A stretch of DNA of 64,000 bases from Bacteroidota bacterium (GCA_017303995.1 JAFLBE010000006.1:32737-96736); one strand, 5' to 3'. Counted from the first letter of the stretch, positions 10,209-19,788 are shown. A program made the numbers and translations. The notes: generated by a model from the sequence alone, not told the origin.

Positions 10209-10260
10209 AAAGGGCAAAAGTGGGTGCCCGATGGCCGTATCGAACCGAAAGAAAGTGGTT

Positions 10261-12351
10261 ATGGAAAAGAATCTTCATTTATTTAAAGAACGTGAAATCA
10301 GTTGGTTATCATTTAATGAACGTGTACTCCAGGAAGCTGATGATGCTTCTGTTCCGGCCATTGAACGGTTGAAATTTCTGGGTATTTTCTCTTCAAATAT
10401 GGATGAATTTTTCCGCGTTCGGGTTGCAGTCTTAAAACGCATGACCCGTATGAGTAACCGGTATACCAAAATTGTTGGCAAGAAACCAGAAGAAGTGCTG
10501 GGTGAAATTCAACGCATTGTTATCGCCCAAAACAAGCGGTTCGAAAAAATATACGACGCTGTTCTCAAGCAATTGGCGAAGAACAATATTTTTATAATCA
10601 ACGAAAAACAACTCACTGAAAGCCAGGGTGAAATTGTTAAGCGTGTTTTTAAAAAGGAAGTCCAACCGTCTCTTGTTCCAATTATGGTGGATGGAATCCG
10701 GGAATTCCCCTATTTAAAAGATAAATCAATTTATCTTGCTGTCAGCCTCCGGAATAAGAAATCAAAATCAAAAAACAGTTACGCTCTGATTGAAGTACCA
10801 ACCGGACTTAGCCGTTTTGTGGTGCTTCCAGAATCGAATGGCAAACAATACATCATTTTATTGGATGATGTGATCAGGTTTTGCCTGAATGACATCTTTT
10901 TTATTTATGATTATGATGATATTTCAGCCTATACGGTGAAAATGACCCGTGACGCCGAATTGGATATGGATAACGATGCCGTCGTCAGTTACATCGAAAA
11001 ATTAAGTAAAAGTGTGAAACAACGGCAGAAGGGGAGTCCGGTCAGGTTTATTTACGACATTGAAATGCCCGATGAATTTCTGAATTATTTCTTCAAACGC
11101 CTTCACCTGAGTAAAAAAGATAATGCAATTGCAGGTGGCCGGTATCATAATTTTAAAGATTTTATCCGGTTTCCGAATGTGGGTAGTTCTGACCTCAGAT
11201 ACAGTCCCACAGAACCGCTTAATCACCCTAACCTGCCGCATGGAGTGAGTCTTTTTACTCAAATCAAGAAAAAGGATATCCTTCTTCACTATCCGTATCA
11301 GTCGTTTGATCATATTCTCGATTTGCTTCGTGAGGCTGCAATTGACCCGGATGTGAAATCCATAAAAATGACCTTGTACCGGGTTGCAGGTAAATCAAAT
11401 GTGGTAAATGCCTTGATCAATGCAGTAAAAAACGGAAAAGCTGTAACCGTTGTGATGGAATTGCAGGCCCGGTTTGATGAAGAAGCCAACATCTACTGGT
11501 CAAATAAACTGGTTGAAGAAGGTGCAAGAGTCATTCACGGGTTCAGAAGTACAGAAGCTGATCCAAGAGAAAATCAGTATAAAGTCCATTCAAAACTTTG
11601 CCTGATAACCCGTAAAGAAGGCCGTAAAACCGTCAGATATGCCAATATTTCAACCGGCAATTTCAACGAAGACACCTCAAGATTATACTGTGATGACAGT
11701 CTGTTAACTGCCAATGAAGAAATTACTGATGAAGTATCAAAGATTTTTGATTCTTTTGAAGATCACGTAAAACTCTCAAAAACCAGGTACAAACATCTTC
11801 TGGTTTCACCCTATAACATGCGCTCCCGTCTGGAAAAATTAATCTGGACAGAAATTGAAAATCATCTTGACGGCAAGCCAGCCTGGATCATTCTGAAGGT
11901 GAATAATTTGGTTGATAAAGACATGGTTGCCTTACTGAATGAAGCTGTTCGTGTTGGCGTTTCAACCCGTCTGATCATCAGGGGAACCTGTTCTCTGGTA
12001 CCATCAACTCATCATGAAAACGGACATTTCCAAGCTATTTCCATTGTTGATAAATATCTGGAACATAGCCGGGTTTATGCTTTCTGCAATAATCTGGATC
12101 CGAAATTTTATATCACATCTGCTGATATGATGACCCGGAATCTGGATCAGCGAATTGAAGTCGCCTGTCCGATTTACGACCGGGATCTGCAGAAAGAATT
12201 AAAGAAAATGCTTGATATCCAGCTTCACGACAATGTGAAAGCCCGTTTGCTCGACCGTGATCAGTCAAACCGGTACAGAAAAGCAGCACCAGGTGCAAAA
12301 CCCATCCGTTCACAGGATGCCATCCAAACGTACCTGGCAGGTCTGAAATAA
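10261..12351 (+). CDS. ppk1: Polyphosphate kinase 1
   Basis: The N-terminus MEKNLHLFKEREISWLSFNERVLQEA...IERLKFLGIFSSNMDEFF is close to the E. coli PPK N-terminus, and the protein is ~700 aa. I chose the start downstream of the terminator at 10161-10208. The track ORF start (10183) lies inside that terminator. Confidence 0.9.
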   Translation: MEKNLHLFKEREISWLSFNERVLQEADDASVPAIERLKFLGIFSSNMDEFFRVRVAVLKRMTRMSNRYTKIVGKKPEEVLGEIQRIVIAQNKRFEKIYDAVLKQLAKNNIFIINEKQLTESQGEIVKRVFKKEVQPSLVPIMVDGIREFPYLKDKSIYLAVSLRNKKSKSKNSYALIEVPTGLSRFVVLPESNGKQYIILLDDVIRFCLNDIFFIYDYDDISAYTVKMTRDAELDMDNDAVVSYIEKLSKSVKQRQKGSPVRFIYDIEMPDEFLNYFFKRLHLSKKDNAIAGGRYHNFKDFIRFPNVGSSDLRYSPTEPLNHPNLPHGVSLFTQIKKKDILLHYPYQSFDHILDLLREAAIDPDVKSIKMTLYRVAGKSNVVNALINAVKNGKAVTVVMELQARFDEEANIYWSNKLVEEGARVIHGFRSTEADPRENQYKVHSKLCLITRKEGRKTVRYANISTGNFNEDTSRLYCDDSLLTANEEITDEVSKIFDSFEDHVKLSKTRYKHLLVSPYNMRSRLEKLIWTEIENHLDGKPAWIILKVNNLVDKDMVALLNEAVRVGVSTRLIIRGTCSLVPSTHHENGHFQAISIVDKYLEHSRVYAFCNNLDPKFYITSADMMTRNLDQRIEVACPIYDRDLQKELKKMLDIQLHDNVKARLLDRDQSNRYRKAAPGAKPIRSQDAIQTYLAGLK

Positions 12352-12358
12352 AAACAAA

Positions 12359-13321
12359 ATGAGTATTCTAAATCCGTTTGAACACATTTTTTCGGAAGCT
12401 GTATCTTCAGTAAACGTAGAACCCGGACTCAGGTTTGCTTCAATTGATATCGGCTCAAATGCCGTCAGATTATTGTTCGCCCTGGTTTTTGAAAATGAAA
12501 AAGGGCAGGTTGACGTTCATAAAATCAACCTGATCAGAATGCCCATCCGGTTGGGTGATGATTCTTTCGTTGATGGAAAAATCTCTGATGAGAAAAAGGA
12601 AACGCTCATCAAGACCATGAAAGCCTATAAAGAACTGACTGAAGTTTATAATCCGCTCGGTTTTATGGCGTGCGCAACATCCGCCATGCGAGAAGCCTCG
12701 AATGCTCCCGAAATCGTTAGAGAAATCTGGGATAAAACCGGAATCAGAATTGAAGTTATTGAAGGGAAGCTGGAAGCAGAATACATTTTTTCAAATCATG
12801 TCGCAGAAAAATTACCCGAAGATCGGGCTTACCTTTATATTGATGTGGGTGGCGGGTCAACAGAACTTTCCGTTTTTGCAAATCAGGAACGCTACAAATC
12901 GGCTTCTTTTAATATTGGTCCTGTTCGGATTTTAGATGGTCGTCCGGTAGATAAAGAATGGGACAGGATGCAAAAGTGGGTTGAAGCATATACCCGGCTG
13001 TTCTCGAAACTATCGGCAATTGGTTCCGGCGGAAACATCAACAAAATTTACAAGATGGCAGAACCGAAGCCAGGCAAGCAATTGACAGCCAAGAAAATGA
13101 AAGAAGTTGTTAAAACGCTTAAGTCTCATTCAGTTCATGACCGGGTTCGTGTTCTGGGTTTGAAGCCTGATCGTGCCGATGTGATTCTACCAGCATCCGA
13201 AATTTATCTGTCAATTATGAAGTGGGCTGATATTAAAGAAATTCACGTACCGCAGATCGGACTTGCAGACGGGATCATTCACATTTTGTATGATAAGTGG
13301 AAAGCGGAAAACGGGGAATAA
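12359..13321 (+). CDS. ppx: Exopolyphosphatase (Ppx/GppA family)
   Basis: Contains the ASKHA-fold phosphate motifs ASIDIGSNAVRLL and YIDVGGGSTEL. It lies 8 nt after ppk1. Confidence 0.85.
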   Translation: MSILNPFEHIFSEAVSSVNVEPGLRFASIDIGSNAVRLLFALVFENEKGQVDVHKINLIRMPIRLGDDSFVDGKISDEKKETLIKTMKAYKELTEVYNPLGFMACATSAMREASNAPEIVREIWDKTGIRIEVIEGKLEAEYIFSNHVAEKLPEDRAYLYIDVGGGSTELSVFANQERYKSASFNIGPVRILDGRPVDKEWDRMQKWVEAYTRLFSKLSAIGSGGNINKIYKMAEPKPGKQLTAKKMKEVVKTLKSHSVHDRVRVLGLKPDRADVILPASEIYLSIMKWADIKEIHVPQIGLADGIIHILYDKWKAENGE

Positions 13322-13334
13322 ATTCAGGAAGAAA

Positions 13335-13369
13335 GCTATTGGCTTTTAGCTTTTAGGTAATTTCAATTA
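13335..13369. repeat. Heptad tract plus conserved tail (gctattg gctttta gctttta gg taatttcaatta)
   Basis: Seen directly, 14 nt after the ppx stop. It is a near-copy of 61774-61801. Confidence 0.85.
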
Positions 13370-13673
13370 AAATTATTGAATTGGGGAACGTACAATCTAA
13401 CTGTCTCAAATTTTGGTTACAGGTTTAGTACAGCAATATTTCCCAATAAAAAAACCACCAGAAAAATTACTACCGTAAATAGTTTAAAAAATCCGCTAAC
13501 CATTTTCATAATTACCTCTTGTTTCCCTTTTCTATTGAAAATCCCGTGCCGGATTTAAAATTTGCTCCCGAAAGCCCTTTTTTGTAGTTTCACCCTTTTT
13601 GTGTAATCTGGATGTTACACTTCAGATTTCAGGTGTCATTCTCTGATTACAGGTTTCGAGAAAAGGAGCAGCA

Positions 13674-14549
13674 TTGAACCGTTCCCTTCGCCCCCTCATT
13701 TTTTTGATTGTGCTTGCCGGGATCCTGTATACGGCGTGGTTCGTTTTTCGTTCCAATGAAACAAGTGCCCCTACTGTTGAAACGGTTACTTCCGGTCAAT
13801 CAGGAACTGTCAATCTGATCAGCTGGAATTTGTTCAATTTCGGAAAGTCAAAATCGCCAGAAGATATTGCCTTTATCGCTGAAACTTTACGTGATGCTGA
13901 TGTGGTGGCTGTTCAGGAAGTCTCGACTGGAGTTGCAGGGGCAAAAGCGGTGGCCGCACTTTCTGATGAACTCAACAGGAAAGGCGCCAAATGGGATTAT
14001 GTGGTTTCTGATGCCACTACCGGCGAGGGTACAGAACGATATGCCTTTTTATGGAAGACACACCGGCTAAAACTGAAAGGAAAACCGTTTCTGATTCCTG
14101 AACTGGCCTCGAAAATTGACCGTGAGCCATTTCTTGCCCGGTTTGAATCTGCCGGAAAAACCTTTTCGGTCGTTAGTTTTCATGCCATACCGACTTCAAA
14201 AAAACCGCAGACCGAAACCTCAAAACTGGATGATGTGGTTGCTTCCTACCCGAATGACAATCTGATTTTCGTAGGTGATTTTAATCTTTCAGAATCGCAT
14301 GAAGGTTTTGATGATTTGAAGGATGCCGGATTTCAACCTTCCTTTACCAAAACAAAAACCAGTCTGAAAATGAAAAAATCAGACGGTGAACATCTTGCCA
14401 ACGAATATGACAACTTGTTTTTCCATCCGAAAAAAATAAAAAAAGCCAGAGCGGCAGCCATTGATTTCAGTCAGAAATTTAACTCGCTTGACAAAGCCCG
14501 TGATATTTCCGATCATTTACCAGTCGAACTTGAATTTATGGTTTATTGA
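13674..14549 (+). CDS. Endonuclease/exonuclease/phosphatase (EEP, DNase I-like) family protein with an N-terminal signal or anchor
   Basis: TTG start preceded by aaaaggag (13661-13668). The N-terminus is hydrophobic. EEP motifs include SWNLFNFG, VVAVQEV, FVGDFN and SDHLPV. Confidence 0.75.
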   Translation: MNRSLRPLIFLIVLAGILYTAWFVFRSNETSAPTVETVTSGQSGTVNLISWNLFNFGKSKSPEDIAFIAETLRDADVVAVQEVSTGVAGAKAVAALSDELNRKGAKWDYVVSDATTGEGTERYAFLWKTHRLKLKGKPFLIPELASKIDREPFLARFESAGKTFSVVSFHAIPTSKKPQTETSKLDDVVASYPNDNLIFVGDFNLSESHEGFDDLKDAGFQPSFTKTKTSLKMKKSDGEHLANEYDNLFFHPKKIKKARAAAIDFSQKFNSLDKARDISDHLPVELEFMVY

Positions 14550-15082
14550 TGGAAAAACTTCTGAGGGTTGCTGAGTTTTTTGACCAGTTTACTGACCGGC
14601 TTGGCAGGGGAGTGAGCTGGCTGACGACTACTCTTGTTCTTGTTGTGTGCTTCGACGTTTTAACCCGATATCTTTTCAACACAACCAGTTCAGGATTGGT
14701 TGAACTCGAATGGCACATTTTCGCTGTTTTATTTCTTCTCGGTGCAGGGTACACACTTAAAAATGATCGCCACGTCAGGGTGGATGTTTTTTACAGTCTG
14801 ATGAAACCCAAAACAAAAGCATGGATTAATTTTTCCGGCATTGTTCTCGCTCTGATCCCTTTTTCCCTTCTTGTTATCTATTCTTCACTCCCGTTTATTT
14901 CTCATTCGTACTCACTTTCCGAAACTTCTTCAGATCCCGGCGGACTTCCCTTCCGCTGGCTGATCAAATCAATGATTCCGCTCGGTTTTGCTGCTCTGAT
15001 TATTCAGGCAGTTTCTGAGGCTATTCATCAGCTAGCCATTATTATGGGTATCGGCGAAAAAGAGAGTCACCATGATCATTGA
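14549..15082 (+). CDS. TRAP transporter small permease subunit (DctQ-like)
   Basis: About 177 aa with 4 TM segments, immediately upstream of and overlapping the large permease. The ATG at 14549 overlaps the preceding TGA by 1 nt. Confidence 0.75.
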   Translation: MEKLLRVAEFFDQFTDRLGRGVSWLTTTLVLVVCFDVLTRYLFNTTSSGLVELEWHIFAVLFLLGAGYTLKNDRHVRVDVFYSLMKPKTKAWINFSGIVLALIPFSLLVIYSSLPFISHSYSLSETSSDPGGLPFRWLIKSMIPLGFAALIIQAVSEAIHQLAIIMGIGEKESHHDH

Positions 15083-16391
15083 ATTGAATCCGATGATTCT
15101 ATTTGTGGTGCTTTTTCTGCTGCTGATGCTGGGTTTCCCGGTTGCCTTTACGCTGGGTGGAATTTCACTCTTTTTCGGATATCTCACTTTCGGGATGGAT
15201 TTCTTTAATCTGCTTCCGCTCAGAGTCTGGGGTGTGATGAATAATTATGTGATGCTGGCGGTTCCGCTCTTTGTCTACATGGGCGTGATGCTTGAAAAGT
15301 CGGGTCTGGCAGAAGAATTGCTCGAAACGATGGCGTTGATTTTTGGGAAAGTTAAAGGCGGACTTGCACTTTCGGTGATTATTGTGGGCATGTTACTGGC
15401 GGCTTCAACCGGGATTGTGGGGGCAACTGTGGTGACAATGGGACTTTTAAGTTTACCAACGATGCTGAAACGGGGTTACAGTCCTGAACTTTCAACAGGC
15501 GCAATTGTTGCTTCGGGGACATTGGGCCAGATCATTCCGCCAAGTATCGTTTTGGTTTTACTTGGCAGTGTAATGAACGTGCCGGTCGGTGATTTATTCG
15601 TTGGGGCTATCATTCCCGGATTTTCCCTTTTCTTTTTGTATTTGATTTTTGTGGCAGTTTTTGCCTGGGTTCGTCCGAAATCAGCTCCGCCAATGCCTGC
15701 CGAAATGATGGCCAGGTTTACCGGAAAAGCAAAATGGATTAAAATCGGAAAAGCTTTTGTCCCTCCCTTTTTTCTGATGGTTGCGGTTCTTGGGACGATT
15801 TTTACTGGAATTGCCTCACCGACTGAAGCTGCTGCAGTGGGTGCACTTGGCGCCACAATCATGACACTTGCACAAAAAAAACTCGATTTACCAACACTTC
15901 GGTCGGTGATGAGAGAAACAACCTTGCTCACCAGCATGGTTTTTATTATCCTGATCGGGGCAACGGCGTTCGGTTTGGTTTTCAGGGGAATGGGTGGCGA
16001 TCATTATTTAAGTGATTTGATTTTATCGTCGGATATGGAACCTCACCACTTTCTCTGGATCGTGATGGTCATTGTTTTCATTGCTGGATTTTTCATCGAT
16101 TTTATTGAAATTTGCTTCATCATTGTCCCTGTTGTTGCACCCATTTTTATTCACATGGGTGTAGATCTGACCTGGCTGGCTATTCTGCTCGCGGTTAATC
16201 TTCAAACTTCATTTCTGACTCCGCCATTCGGGTTCGCTCTGTTTTATCTGAAAGGAGTGGCACCGCCTTCGGTGACCACCAATCATATTTACAAAGGAAT
16301 TATTCCTTTTATTCTGATTCAGCTTTTTGTCCTTTTTCTGGTGATTGAATTTCCGTGGCTGGCAACGGGACTGATCGATTGGCTGAACTAG
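15072..16391 (+). CDS. TRAP transporter large permease subunit (DctM-like)
   Basis: 439-aa polytopic membrane protein with DctM-like segments (GIVGATVVTMG, GQIIPPSIVLV). It overlaps the small subunit by 11 nt. Confidence 0.8.
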   Translation: MIIELNPMILFVVLFLLLMLGFPVAFTLGGISLFFGYLTFGMDFFNLLPLRVWGVMNNYVMLAVPLFVYMGVMLEKSGLAEELLETMALIFGKVKGGLALSVIIVGMLLAASTGIVGATVVTMGLLSLPTMLKRGYSPELSTGAIVASGTLGQIIPPSIVLVLLGSVMNVPVGDLFVGAIIPGFSLFFLYLIFVAVFAWVRPKSAPPMPAEMMARFTGKAKWIKIGKAFVPPFFLMVAVLGTIFTGIASPTEAAAVGALGATIMTLAQKKLDLPTLRSVMRETTLLTSMVFIILIGATAFGLVFRGMGGDHYLSDLILSSDMEPHHFLWIVMVIVFIAGFFIDFIEICFIIVPVVAPIFIHMGVDLTWLAILLAVNLQTSFLTPPFGFALFYLKGVAPPSVTTNHIYKGIIPFILIQLFVLFLVIEFPWLATGLIDWLN

Positions 16392-16428
16392 GTTACTGGT
16401 CACGGGTCACAGATTACGAGTTACGGGT
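16391..16428. repeat. Heptad tract (ggttact ggtcacg ggtcaca gattacg agttacg), left arm of an inverted pair
   Basis: Begins on the last base of the dctM stop codon. Its first 20 nt are complementary (18/20) to 16526-16545. Confidence 0.85.
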
Positions 16429-16516
16429 TGAATTCAAGAAAAGCTGAAACTGAATTGTTCTTTTCATAGAATGTAACCCCCAAAAGGCGATTGGGAGTAT
16501 GCTGTGATTTCTAAAC

Positions 16517-16545
16517 CTGTGATAAGTGACCCGTAACCCGTAACC
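16517..16545. repeat. Heptad tract (ctgtgat aagtgac ccgtaac ccgtaac c), right arm of an inverted pair
   Basis: Ends 9 nt before the GNAT gene ATG. It matches 50696-50716 at 19/21 positions. Confidence 0.85.
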
Positions 16546-16554
16546 AAAAAAAAT

Positions 16555-17058
16555 ATGCTGATATTAAAAACTGAACGACTCGATCTCCGTGAATTCACAC
16601 CCGATGATGCCATTCATCTTTTTGATCTGAATTCTGATCCGGAAGTAGTGAAATATACCGGTGACGGACCCTACTCTTCAATCGAAGAAGCAAGGACTTT
16701 TCTGGAAGGTTATACCTGCTATTCTGAGTATGGAATGGGAAGATGGGCTGTTATTCACCGTGAAACCGGTGACTGGTTGGGTTGGTGCGGACTTAAGTTC
16801 CACCCGGAAACCGGCGAGGTTGATATTGGCTTCCGGTTTTTCAGGGATCACTGGGGAAAAGGGTATGCAACTGAATCGGCAAAAGCCTGTCTCGATTACG
16901 GCTTTGAAACTTTGGGTCTTTTTCAGATTTCAGGCCGGGCTTTGGTTGATAATCTGGCTTCCATCAAAGTTTTGGTAAAAGTTGGTTTGGAACGGAAAAC
17001 GCAGGTTCTAGATGATACCGGTCTTTGGGAAGTCTGGGAAAAAATAAGGGGATTGTAA
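16555..17058 (+). CDS. GNAT family N-acetyltransferase (RimJ/RimL-like)
   Basis: ERLDLREFTPDDA at the N-terminus and a WGKGYATE acetyl-CoA-binding region. Confidence 0.75.
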   Translation: MLILKTERLDLREFTPDDAIHLFDLNSDPEVVKYTGDGPYSSIEEARTFLEGYTCYSEYGMGRWAVIHRETGDWLGWCGLKFHPETGEVDIGFRFFRDHWGKGYATESAKACLDYGFETLGLFQISGRALVDNLASIKVLVKVGLERKTQVLDDTGLWEVWEKIRGL

Positions 17059-17197
17059 AAACTTTCGGCCGTTTCGTCGTTTCTTCGACCTGGCGGTCGG
17101 ATTCATTAAACAAATATGCCCAATTCAGGCTGATTTCACGTTTTTTCTCTGGCACAGCATTTGAAATACTGTTGTGCAACCAAATAACGGAGATTTT

Positions 17198-17851
17198 ATG
17201 AAAACGATCAGCCTCATTACCTCAGCCTTTCTGCTCATCACTTCACAAGCATGTGAATCATCTACTTCCCCTGAACTTTCGGGTGAACCCAGTCTCAATC
17301 TGACTTCCCTGCCGGCCATTGGTGAACTTGTCGTTTCTGACAGTTCTTCTTTAATTTTCATGCGGGAAGAGGAAAAACTTGCCAGAGACGTTTACCAGTT
17401 CTTTTTTGAAAAATATGGACTTTCAGTCTTTGACAATATTTCAAATTCTGAACAACGGCACATGGATGCAATCAAAGTTTTGCTTGACCGGTATCAGTTA
17501 ACAGATCCTGTTACAGATAATTCTCCAGGCGTTTTTAAGGATACTTTATTGGCATCTTTGTACAATTCACTAACTCAAAAAGGTTCTGAATCTGCTGTGG
17601 AAGCAGCCAAAGTTGGAATGCTCATTGAAGAAATTGACATCCGGGATCTGGAAGAACGGTTCAGCGCAACTGTTTCTGAAGATGTTCTCTGGGTTGTTGG
17701 AAATCTGACCCGCGGATCACGGAATCACCTGAGAGGATTTAACGGGTATCTGGTCAGTCAGTCTGTAGTATATACCCCGGCTATTTTAGCGCAGGAGGTT
17801 TACAACGCAATTGTTTCCTCACCCGTTGAAAGAGGCGGAAGAAACAGGTAG
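17198..17851 (+). CDS. DUF2202-type ferritin-like domain protein with a signal peptide
   Basis: MKTISLITSAFLLITSQAC signal. MREEEKLARDVY and SEQRHMDA are as I remember for DUF2202. Confidence 0.6.
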   Translation: MKTISLITSAFLLITSQACESSTSPELSGEPSLNLTSLPAIGELVVSDSSSLIFMREEEKLARDVYQFFFEKYGLSVFDNISNSEQRHMDAIKVLLDRYQLTDPVTDNSPGVFKDTLLASLYNSLTQKGSESAVEAAKVGMLIEEIDIRDLEERFSATVSEDVLWVVGNLTRGSRNHLRGFNGYLVSQSVVYTPAILAQEVYNAIVSSPVERGGRNR

Positions 17852-17874
17852 AATTTTAAAAGAAAAGCTTTAAT

Positions 17875-17904
17875 AAAAAAGGCGACTTACCGGTCGCCTT
17901 TTTT
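17875..17904. terminator. Bidirectional rho-independent terminator between convergent genes
   Basis: Sequence is aaaaaa ggcgac ttacc ggtcgcc tttttt. Confidence 0.8.
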
Positions 17905-17925
17905 ATTTCTCAAAATTCTATTTCC

Positions 17926-19044
17926 TTACCCGATACTGATTTTATTATAAAACGCTGATTCTGAGAGTGTACTGTATTCTGAAATTGCTTTTCTGAATGC
18001 AGAATAGGCAGAATAAATCTTTTTACTCTGAGGATCTTTTTCGGTTAGTTCTGTCAGCACGATTTCAGATTGTTTTCTGAGTTCAGCCATTACATCATCC
18101 GGGAACGGGAGGATTTTAACATCCGGTTCATTCTGAATCTTTTTCAGATACTCATCATTCCGGGCTTCGAACTCAGATAACATCCACAAATTCAACCGGA
18201 AAGCAGCCGTTCTGACGATTTCCTGCAGATCGGATGGTAACTGATTAAACGCATCACCGTTTATAATTAATTCGAGATTCGGGCCCGGTTCCTGCCATCC
18301 CGGATAGTAATAGAATTTTGCAATTTTATGGAATCCCATCAGATAATCATGGTAAGGTCCAATCCACTCAGTTGCATCAATGACACCCCGTTCCAGATTG
18401 GTATATAGTTCTGAGCCGGGAGATAAAACAGCCGTTGCACCGAGTTTTGAGATCACCCGTCCGCCAAGACCCGGCATTCTCATTTTCAAACCCTGAAAAT
18501 CAGCTACTGATTTGATTTCACGGTTGAACCATCCGCCCATCTGAACGCCTGTATTTCCGGCAGGGAAGGGAACCAGATTGTGGGGTTTATAAACTTCTTC
18601 CCAAAGTTGAAGTCCGCCGCCTGAGTACAGCCAGGCATTCATTTGCTGGGCGTTGAGTCCGAACGGAACGGCACAGAAAAACTGGGCGGCAGGCACTTTT
18701 CCTGACCAGTAATAAGACGCACCATGACCCATTTCTGCGGTTCCCTGACTCACGGCATCAAAAACTTCAAGAGCCGGAACCAATTCACCACTGCCATAAA
18801 CCTGAATCTTGAGTCTTCCGCCAGACATGGCATCAACCCATTTTGAAAACTGATCGAGACCGTCACCCATCACCGGGAAATGCGGAGCCCACGTCGAAAC
18901 CAGACGCCAATGGAAAGTTTGGGAGGAAGCTGAACCGGAAGTTTGTTCGGTGGATTGAAATCTGACTTTGCAGCCTGTCAGGACAGCTGCAGCACCGGCG
19001 GTTGAGATCCAGGCTGCTTTTCTTAGAAAATCACGTCTGCTCAT
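17926..19044 (-). CDS. TRAP transporter substrate-binding protein (DctP family) with a twin-arginine signal and lipobox
   Basis: MSRRDFLRKAAWISTAGAAAVLTGC, about 370 aa, with the DctP-type fold signature regions. Confidence 0.75.
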   Translation of the reverse strand: MSRRDFLRKAAWISTAGAAAVLTGCKVRFQSTEQTSGSASSQTFHWRLVSTWAPHFPVMGDGLDQFSKWVDAMSGGRLKIQVYGSGELVPALEVFDAVSQGTAEMGHGASYYWSGKVPAAQFFCAVPFGLNAQQMNAWLYSGGGLQLWEEVYKPHNLVPFPAGNTGVQMGGWFNREIKSVADFQGLKMRMPGLGGRVISKLGATAVLSPGSELYTNLERGVIDATEWIGPYHDYLMGFHKIAKFYYYPGWQEPGPNLELIINGDAFNQLPSDLQEIVRTAAFRLNLWMLSEFEARNDEYLKKIQNEPDVKILPFPDDVMAELRKQSEIVLTELTEKDPQSKKIYSAYSAFRKAISEYSTLSESAFYNKISIG

Positions 19045-19068
19045 AATCCAACTTCCTTTTCTGACTGA

Positions 19069-19707
19069 TTATTCCAGAACCACAACTAAGATCAGACCGA
19101 TACCAAAAAGACCCAGAACCAGACCGCTGATCATGTTAACCCGGTGAAGGGATTCAAGTGTAAATCTGGTGCGGACTTTATTGATGAGCTGACTGAAGAG
19201 AAACCAGAATCCGGCAGCGCCGCCAAAAACGCCGGCAACCAGAATTAAAACATGCCACAAACTGCCGCTGATGGCGTTAATTCCCAAAGCAGCAAAAATG
19301 CCCAGGAAAGATAAAATCATGATGGGATTGGTAAAGGCAATGATGAAGGAGGTGAGAAAGGTTCTTTTTAAACCCCGGCTGCCGGTTGCAGGCAGTTCAT
19401 CGCTGACTACAACCTGTTGCGGCATCTTCGAAAAGAAAATTTTGAATCCGAAAAGAAGAAGAAAAATCCCGCCGAAAACATTGAATTCAAAGTTAAATCT
19501 GATGAGCAAATCAGCGATGAAGGTTAAACCAAAAGCAGCAATAAAGCAATAAACGGCATCCGCGGTGGCTGCACCAAAACCGGTCATCATGCCATAAAAC
19601 GGACCTCTGAGCAAAATTCTGCGAACGCCCAGAACGCTGATCGGACCAACCGGCAGAGATACAAAAAGCCCGATTAAAATACCTTTGAGAAAGATGGTAA
19701 TTTCCAA
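19069..19707 (-). CDS. LysE/RhtB family amino-acid efflux protein
   Basis: 212 aa with 6 TM segments. The N-terminal GILIGLFVSLPVGPI motif is typical of LysE-type translocators. Confidence 0.7.
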   Translation of the reverse strand: MEITIFLKGILIGLFVSLPVGPISVLGVRRILLRGPFYGMMTGFGAATADAVYCFIAAFGLTFIADLLIRFNFEFNVFGGIFLLLFGFKIFFSKMPQQVVVSDELPATGSRGLKRTFLTSFIIAFTNPIMILSFLGIFAALGINAISGSLWHVLILVAGVFGGAAGFWFLFSQLINKVRTRFTLESLHRVNMISGLVLGLFGIGLILVVVLE

Positions 19708-19788
19708 AACAGAGTTATCCAGAAGTAAAAACCCCTATTTTACGATATTCCGCTCAATGAATCAATGATGGATGAAAAGTAAATGAGG

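Noticed and set aside
8793-10217. 474-aa ORF antisense to the SixA-fusion gene
   Set aside because: It is a mirror image of the K/A/P repeat region, giving a G/F/T/A-rich low-complexity product. It runs through the terminator at 10161-10208 and has no independent start context. It is a shadow ORF.
10183-10260. Upstream extension of the ppk1 ORF
   Set aside because: It would start inside the terminator hairpin of the preceding gene. The alignment with the E. coli PPK N-terminus, as I remember it, fits the Met at 10261.
13376-13558. 60-aa plus-strand ORF between ppx and the nuclease gene
   Set aside because: It has a TTG start, no RBS and an odd composition. The minus-strand 30-codon hydrophobic ORF with an AAGAGG is the better, though still weak, candidate in this gap.
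15476-15937. 153-aa ORF antisense within dctM
   Set aside because: It is embedded in a polytopic permease gene and has no motifs.
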